Below the pieces are notes generated by a model. The model was not told the origin of the DNA. It searched no databases and was given only the letters and a program-made list of their open reading frames with translations. From Candidatus Heimdallarchaeota archaeon (GTDB lineage Archaea; Asgardarchaeota; Heimdallarchaeia; JABLTI01): a stretch of DNA of 21,283 nucleotides. This document shows positions 8,787 to 14,030 of this stretch, piece after piece (positions within the stretch are counted from its first letter, which is position 1; each line of letters begins with the position of its first letter). The position numbers and the translations under genes were made by a program. The stretch spans positions 1-21,283 of the forward strand of contig JAHLVW010000048.1 in the NCBI GenBank assembly GCA_019058275.1, given 5' to 3'.

Positions 8787-9704
8787 ATGAATACGAAAAC
8801 CCTAAATGAGCGTTTAAATGAAATAAAGAAAAATTTAGATTCAAAGCCTTCAAAATTTGAATCATTCCAAACTAAATTTGGTCAAGAATTTGAAGAAAAT
8901 TTTAAGGATTTGACAGGTTTTGTAACTAACATAGGAATTTTACAATTTTTTATGGAAACAATATCAAATATAATCAAAAACATCACAAGTAAAGCTAAGA
9001 AAGAAGTTCGAGGAAAAATGAGGGAAATCGTAGAACAATCTGAAGAATCACCTGAAAAGATTGATGAAATAGAGAAAAAAATAGATGAAGCCATTAAAGA
9101 TGATGAAAAGAAAGAGAATTCTTTTGCAGAATTTTTCAATGTATTGAAAAAAGAAAATATTTTCGATCGAATAAACTCATACTTCTTCTTAACATTTTAT
9201 ACTTACATAGATTTATACACAATATCACTATATCAACATGTTATCTCTAAAATAGATGTTACAAAAGTTTACGATGTTATTGATGGATTTAAGCCTTCCA
9301 GTAATCCTTCTGATAGATTAAAACAAATTCTCAAGAAGCTTGAATTAAAAGACAAAAAAAATCTTTATGAAAAATTGGATTTAGTAAGGAATTTCGAAAG
9401 TGATTTTATAAATTTCATAAAATTAAGGAATTCAATTGCTCATAGAGAACCATTAACTACATATCAAACGATAAAAAAGAATTTCCCAAAAATAGCAAAA
9501 AAGGCTAAAAAAATAAATGAGAAACAATCAAAAAAAACTGATTTAAAGGAACTTGAGAATCATATTAATAGAGAAAATATGATTCAGAATTTTGAGATAT
9601 TAACTGCTCTCAATTTAATAGCAGTTAACTGTTATATTCTTCTTGCAATGGTTGATTATTTGATAATTGAATTCTTTAAGGAGAATCAACAGCTTGAAAT
9701 ATAG
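8787..9704 (+). CDS. Helical protein with HEPN-like Rx4H motif (putative RNase)
   Basis: FIKLRNSIAHREP in an all-helical, coiled-coil-rich protein. ATG 8787 is preferred over the tracked TTG 8745. The stop TAG is supplied by the TAGAAT at the start of repeat 5. Confidence 0.6.
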   Translation: MNTKTLNERLNEIKKNLDSKPSKFESFQTKFGQEFEENFKDLTGFVTNIGILQFFMETISNIIKNITSKAKKEVRGKMREIVEQSEESPEKIDEIEKKIDEAIKDDEKKENSFAEFFNVLKKENIFDRINSYFFLTFYTYIDLYTISLYQHVISKIDVTKVYDVIDGFKPSSNPSDRLKQILKKLELKDKKNLYEKLDLVRNFESDFINFIKLRNSIAHREPLTTYQTIKKNFPKIAKKAKKINEKQSKKTDLKELENHINRENMIQNFEILTALNLIAVNCYILLAMVDYLIIEFFKENQQLEI

Positions 9705-9767
9705 AATTCTTGCACACACTTCTTCTTTAAGGGCTAGAAGTCCAGTTCGGGAAGGACACGTTGAAGT
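9697..9767 (+). repeat. Array repeat copy 5 (type A)
   Basis: AAATATAGAATTCTTGCACACACTTCTTCTTTAAGGGCTAGAAGTCCAGTTCGGGAAGGACACGTTGAAGT, filling the whole gap between two convergent stop codons. Confidence 0.95.
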
Positions 9768-10027
9768 TACATTTGTTTATAAAATTCATCAATTGGAATT
9801 TTAGCTAACCGAAGAGCTCCTCTTAAGGTTCCTGGTTTGAGTTCTTTATGGAGTGGAATCACAGTGCCAATCTTGCCATCTTTGGATTGTTTTGAAAGAC
9901 GAACATGACTACCTTTGCGTCCAGTTATGGTAAAACCGAATTTATTACATAAAATCTTAATGACTTTCTCACCAGAAATTGGTTTATACTTTGGCAGTCT
10001 TATCAACTTCCTTAGGTGAAATCTCAA
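9767..10027 (-). CDS. hicA: HicA family toxin (mRNA interferase)
   Basis: PISGEKVIKIL...FGF...RKGSHVRL...VIPLHKELKPGTLRGALR. The true start is probably nearer 9997-10006, overlapping the hicB stop. Confidence 0.9.
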   Translation of the reverse strand: MRFHLRKLIRLPKYKPISGEKVIKILCNKFGFTITGRKGSHVRLSKQSKDGKIGTVIPLHKELKPGTLRGALRLAKIPIDEFYKQM

Positions 10028-10220
10028 AAGTAGTAATGATAGGATGACTTTCAGTTGTTAATGGAAATTCTTCGAGATATAACTCAGTTGCTTCAATTAA
10101 ATTTGCCAAAGCTTCTTCAATTGTGTCTCCTTGGCTTACAGTACCAACCTGAGGGCATTCAGCAACATACATATCCTCATCCTTGTAAATAACAGCTGTC
10201 AATGTAGACATCTTGATCAT
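9984..10220 (-). CDS. hicB: HicB family antitoxin (short form, no DNA-binding domain)
   Basis: YVAECPQVGTVSQGDTIEEALANLIEATELYLEE, GAGGT RBS-like sequence upstream, overlaps hicA. Confidence 0.9.
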   Translation of the reverse strand: MIKMSTLTAVIYKDEDMYVAECPQVGTVSQGDTIEEALANLIEATELYLEEFPLTTESHPIITTFEISPKEVDKTAKV

Positions 10221-10296
10221 TCTTTATTACCTCAACTTAATTCTTTAATTTTCTTATAAAAACCAAACTAATTTACTTGAAAAAAAAAGCAGTGAT

Positions 10297-10351
10297 GATG
10301 CAACAGGACTCACACTTCCTCTTTAAGGTCTAGAAGTCCAGTTCGGCAATG
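10297..10351 (+). repeat. Array repeat copy 6 (type B, truncated at the same point as copy 3)
   Basis: GATGCAACAGGACTCACACTTCCTCTTTAAGGTCTAGAAGTCCAGTTCGGCAATG. Confidence 0.95.
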
Positions 10352-10370
10352 TAAGAAAATAATGGAGATA

Positions 10371-10401
10371 AAAGAAAAGTATATATCGCAAGACCATAAT
10401 A
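10371..10401 (+). promoter_or_regulatory. Putative BRE/TATA promoter shared with 3731-3763
   Basis: AAAGAAAAGTATATATCGCAAGACCATAATA, with the TATA-like box ~34 bp upstream of ATG 10414. Confidence 0.6.
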
Positions 10402-10413
10402 TAACAACTTGTT

Positions 10414-10956
10414 ATGGGAAAGATTAAAAGATATTTACTAATGAATTTTCTAATTCCACTACTAATTACAGGGAGTACGTTCTTAGTTATTTCACAAATA
10501 CAAAACACTAAGGATATAACAATACATATAACAAATCTTTCATGGTCGATTATAGAAAATGAGTATATAAATGAAAACAATACAAAATTCAGAATAGATG
10601 CTGATTATCAAATAAATAATAAGAAAGGTGAAAATGTTTATCTCGATTATACATGTATAACAAATTATTTTTTGCTAAATTTTAAATATAAATCGATAAA
10701 TCAATTCCAAGAAATTATTGTAAATGGAAGTAATTATGGAAGTCAGCCATCTTGTAATAAGCTCATTATTGAACAAGGTATTACAAATGGATCAACATTT
10801 ATGTATTGGGAGATAGAACAAAAAAAATATGAAACGCTGCCTGATGGAAAATATTCTTTTTGGATAGTATTATTAGATTATGGGGAATCATATTTTAAAT
10901 CTAAAAGGTTAAGACAAATTATTAGAGATGGATTACTAATATTTGATTTTCCATGA
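10414..10956 (+). CDS. Exported hypothetical protein, paralog of 3782..4461
   Basis: N-terminal signal/TM segment and the shared motifs listed for the paralog. It lacks the paralog's C-terminal anchor. Confidence 0.75.
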   Translation: MGKIKRYLLMNFLIPLLITGSTFLVISQIQNTKDITIHITNLSWSIIENEYINENNTKFRIDADYQINNKKGENVYLDYTCITNYFLLNFKYKSINQFQEIIVNGSNYGSQPSCNKLIIEQGITNGSTFMYWEIEQKKYETLPDGKYSFWIVLLDYGESYFKSKRLRQIIRDGLLIFDFP

Positions 10957-11049
10957 AAAGTTCTTTTTTCCTTCAAGACTATAATAAACCTTAGCAAAGT
11001 AAAAGTGCTTAAGAAACAACTAACAATGAGAATTAACAAAAATCAAAAA

Positions 11050-11127
11050 AAATGTAGAATCACTGCACCCACTTCTTCTTTAAGGTCTAGAAGTCCAGTT
11101 CGGTAATGACACGCTTAGGTGGTAAGT
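11050..11127 (+). repeat. Array repeat copy 7 (type A)
   Basis: AAATGTAGAATCACTGCACCCACTTCTTCTTTAAGGTCTAGAAGTCCAGTTCGGTAATGACACGCTTAGGTGGTAAGT. Confidence 0.95.
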
Positions 11128-11178
11128 GTAAAGAAATAATAAAAGTGATTTCTTAATTGGTCAGTAATTAATAGAGTG

Positions 11179-11523
11179 CTACTGTTCTAGAGTTTGAAGA
11201 AGAGCCAGCAATTTAGGTTTGAGGATAGGAATTTCTATTTTTATTACTTCCCAAGTAAGCTCAAGGTCTACCCCAAAATATTGGTGAATTAAGATATCAC
11301 GCATACCAGCGACCTGTTTCCAAGGTAAATCAGGATTCTCTTCAATAACACTATCAGGAAGGTTCTTCACAGATTCACCAATGATTTCCAATCTTCGAAT
11401 AACAGCATCTTGTAATTGAACAGAAGCAAGAAATTCTTTTTTACCTTTGTTGGATAAATATTTCTCGATTAACTTGAGAGATTCCAACATATGTTGAATG
11501 AAAAATTTTGGTTGCTTAACCAT
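11179..11523 (-). CDS. HEPN (DUF86/HepT-like) RNase toxin of an MNT-HEPN pair
   Basis: DAVIRRLEIIGE and PWKQVAGMRDILIHQYFGVD (Rx4HxY). ATG 11523 overlaps the MNT stop. Confidence 0.92.
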   Translation of the reverse strand: MVKQPKFFIQHMLESLKLIEKYLSNKGKKEFLASVQLQDAVIRRLEIIGESVKNLPDSVIEENPDLPWKQVAGMRDILIHQYFGVDLELTWEVIKIEIPILKPKLLALLQTLEQ

Positions 11524-11815
11524 AAATAACCACTTCTTCACTGAGAATTGAATCTTTAATGAGTGGATGAATGGAGTTGTAAGTCAGAACATCAACGTTA
11601 CAATGAAGAATGTCTTCAAGGGCAAATTTCAAATCAACTAAGTCGAACAAACTTTTCGTTCCTGAAAATTCCACTAAAAGATCAAGATCACTAGTATCAC
11701 TAGCATCACCTCTCACTCGAGAACCGAATACTGATGCTTTTACGACATCATATCTTTGTAATACTGGTAAGATTTTTCCTTTAATGTCTTCTAATGATTG
11801 CTCCATACTAACCAC
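11516..11815 (-). CDS. Minimal nucleotidyltransferase (MNT/MntA-like) antitoxin
   Basis: VFGSRVRGDASDTSDLDLLVEF (GSx10DxD) and NVDVLT. Confidence 0.92.
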   Translation of the reverse strand: MVSMEQSLEDIKGKILPVLQRYDVVKASVFGSRVRGDASDTSDLDLLVEFSGTKSLFDLVDLKFALEDILHCNVDVLTYNSIHPLIKDSILSEEVVIYG

Positions 11816-11900
11816 TTAGCTCTAATCCTTTTATCTATTTATTTACTTTATATGTAATAAATTTGTTTGGAATCAAGTAGAGTAACAAGAAAAATAAAAG

Positions 11901-11962
11901 TTCTAGCACTCAATTCCTCTTTCAGAACTAGAAGTCCAGTTCGGGAAGGACACGCTGAAGTG
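11901..11962 (+). repeat. Array repeat copy 8 (degenerate A-like left arm)
   Basis: TTCTAGCACTCAATTCCTCTTTCAGAACTAGAAGTCCAGTTCGGGAAGGACACGCTGAAGTG; the right half is nearly identical to copy 5. Confidence 0.9.
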
Positions 11963-12065
11963 AAGAATATTAGTTCATTTTACCGAAAAGTAAAAGAGTT
12001 TTGTTGTTTCTTTTTAATATATATTTCTGGGTGGGTGTAAACTGAAAACAGATAACAAAGCTGTT

Positions 12066-12272
12066 TTGATGATTATTTTTATTATAATTGCAGTGGTGTC
12101 AGGTTTTGGTCTTCTTTGGGGAATCACGATATTAGCATGGACAGGAGAATATGGATGGATCGCATTAATTGTGGGATCTGTTGCAGCCATCATTGGAGCG
12201 GTATTTGGTATTTTCAGAATTTTACTTAGAAAAAGAATTACAACTACTAAGAGAGAAAAAGAATCCTTATAG
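12066..12272 (+). CDS. Small two-TM membrane protein with basic tail
   Basis: 68-aa ORF with two hydrophobic helices and RKRITTTKREK; the only ORF between repeats 8 and 9. Confidence 0.6.
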   Translation: MMIIFIIIAVVSGFGLLWGITILAWTGEYGWIALIVGSVAAIIGAVFGIFRILLRKRITTTKREKESL

Positions 12273-12438
12273 AAATAACCTTATCTGATTAGTTGTAGCA
12301 ATAGAGTCTTGTGCTGGAGCAGTACTATCTTATTTCTAAGTGTATAAAGCTCTCATCTTACTTGGATATTTCATATCATAGCACTTCTTCATTAAACTCA
12401 ATATTAATTCTTTATCAAAAAAAATACATAAAATAATT

Positions 12439-12468
12439 GATGCTCAGGACTCACACTTCTCCTTTAAG
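12439..12468 (+). repeat. Array repeat copy 9 (type B left arm plus core only)
   Basis: GATGCTCAGGACTCACACTTCTCCTTTAAG, 13 bp from the SDR stop codon. Confidence 0.9.
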
Positions 12469-12481
12469 AGGAGTAAATTCG

Positions 12482-13318
12482 TCAAGAATCTCTTTTTTTT
12501 CTTCTATAAGCTTTCGAGAAATCAATTTCTTCTGGAAGATGTAAAACTCGACCTTCCATACCACCTGCAATGGTAATGATCTCACCAGAAATGTGACCTG
12601 ATAATTTGTCTGATGCCAATACTGCAATCATATTTGCAATATCTTCTGATTCTGCAATCTTTTTCAAGGGAACAGTTTTCAAAATATGTTTTATACCTTC
12701 TTCATCGTCAAGATATTTTTCTGACATTGGAGAGACAGTCCAGCCGGGACAAACAGCATTAACTCGACCCAATCTTGCCACATTAATAATCTCATTTTTT
12801 AGGCTTCTAGTTAAGCCATAACTTATGGCAGCTTTTGCTGCAGCATAATCAGCATGACCTGCTGCTCCAAAAACAGCAGAAGTAGAACCTACAATAATAA
12901 TACTAGCAGACTCACCATCATATTTTCGAAGTTGTTGTATAAAAGAACGACAACATAGGAAGACACTATCAAGATCCATTGCCATGGTATGGTTCCATCT
13001 CTCCAAAGTCATTTGTTCAATTTCAATGTAGTCTTCCGGCCAGATAGCAGCATTACAAATAAGGATATCAATTCGACCTTTTTTCTTCTCAATTTCCTTA
13101 AATATTTCAAGAACTTGAGATTCACTCAAGAGATCAGCTTTAATACTAAAAGTCTTTTTGCCTAATTCATTAGTTAATTTCTTAGCTCTAATTTCACTAC
13201 TATTGTAATGAACTATAACATCAACACCTTCTGCAGCAAGTACCCGAGCGGTAGCTGCACCAATACCACCTGAAGCACCAGTTATGAGTGCCACTTTTCC
13301 TTCAAGTTCTAAATCCAT
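12482..13318 (-). CDS. Short-chain dehydrogenase/reductase (classical SDR, FabG-like)
   Basis: ITGASGGIG, IDILICNAA, catalytic S...YAAAK, RVNAVCPG. Confidence 0.95.
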   Translation of the reverse strand: MDLELEGKVALITGASGGIGAATARVLAAEGVDVIVHYNSSEIRAKKLTNELGKKTFSIKADLLSESQVLEIFKEIEKKKGRIDILICNAAIWPEDYIEIEQMTLERWNHTMAMDLDSVFLCCRSFIQQLRKYDGESASIIIVGSTSAVFGAAGHADYAAAKAAISYGLTRSLKNEIINVARLGRVNAVCPGWTVSPMSEKYLDDEEGIKHILKTVPLKKIAESEDIANMIAVLASDKLSGHISGEIITIAGGMEGRVLHLPEEIDFSKAYRRKKRDS

Positions 13319-13406
13319 CTCTATCGATTTTTATATGATTTAACCAAGTAATTAGTTTTGGCATTGATTGTTATAGTTAAAGAAATTTAAAAACGATAAA
13401 GTAGTT

Positions 13407-13437
13407 GATGCTCAGGACTCCCACTTCTTCTTTAAGG
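13407..13437 (+). repeat. Array repeat copy 10 (type B left arm plus core only)
   Basis: GATGCTCAGGACTCCCACTTCTTCTTTAAGG, 6 bp from the stop of the next minus-strand gene. Confidence 0.9.
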
Positions 13438-13443
13438 CTTGAA

Positions 13444-13838
13444 TTAAATCTCTAAGAGTTGCTTAGCTAAACGAATTTGATGATTTTGACGATACCAGAA
13501 GTAAAAACAGATAATAAGAAGTAAGTAGAAAGAGAAGGGAAGAAGAGGAAGTAATATCATAGAATCAACAACACCAAGAAAGAAATAAAAAATACTAAAA
13601 AGTAAAAAAGCTATGGAACCTAAAAAACTAAAGTAAGAGCATAAGAAAGAGAGAAAGAACGATCGTAGGTGAGCTGCAATTTCTGAAAGTATCGATGAAT
13701 GAAAAAAATAATTATAAATATAATAGCAGCAACCATAAGGGAAATACCAAGAAACGAGAAACCTCGAAGAGTATCAAACCGTAGAGGATGAGGTATAACA
13801 TTCAAGACTTTTAGAAAATCAAAGAAAATGAATGACAT
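13444..13838 (-). pseudogene. ~130-aa multi-TM membrane protein, frameshifted in a T6 run near 13622-13627
   Basis: ORF 13620..13838 continues, with one extra T, as LGSIAFLLFSIFYFFLGVVDSMILLPLLPFSFYLLLIICFYFWYRQNHQIRLAKQLLEI* to TAA at 13446-13444. Confidence 0.7.
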
Positions 13839-14030
13839 CCTCTAATTAATCCCTATTTATTCAAATACTAATATCATATTTGTAGTCCTATTCAAATAAA
13901 GATTTTCATAAAACAAAGAAAACTCTGAATTAAACACTTAAGATCTTTTAGTAATTAGTATAAAATAAATTTTTAGATATTAACATAATATATTTATTTC
14001 TGGGGATACACCTTTACCTATTGTTAGGGA

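Noticed and set aside
9740-9762. SRP RNA helix 8 or group II intron domain V similarity (CCAGTTCGGGAAGGACAC)
   Set aside because: Only superficial. It lacks the CAGG...GNRA...AGCA arrangement and the AGC/CGC catalytic triad stem, and the loop varies between copies.
648-13437. CRISPR array
   Set aside because: Intervals are 0.5-4.9 kb and contain whole genes, the repeats vary in length and sequence, and no cas genes are present.
13407-13437. IS200/IS605 end or REP element (CCCACTTC...AAGTGG hairpin, GTAG in arm A)
   Set aside because: No tnpA/tnpB/RAYT gene in the window, and the copies are not arranged as left/right end pairs or inverted doublets. It cannot be supported here, though an HUH enzyme acting in trans is not excluded.
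13490-13660. Purine-rich low-complexity tract as a repeat or structural element
   Set aside because: It is explained by Phe/Leu/Ser-rich codons of the frameshifted membrane-protein gene on the minus strand.
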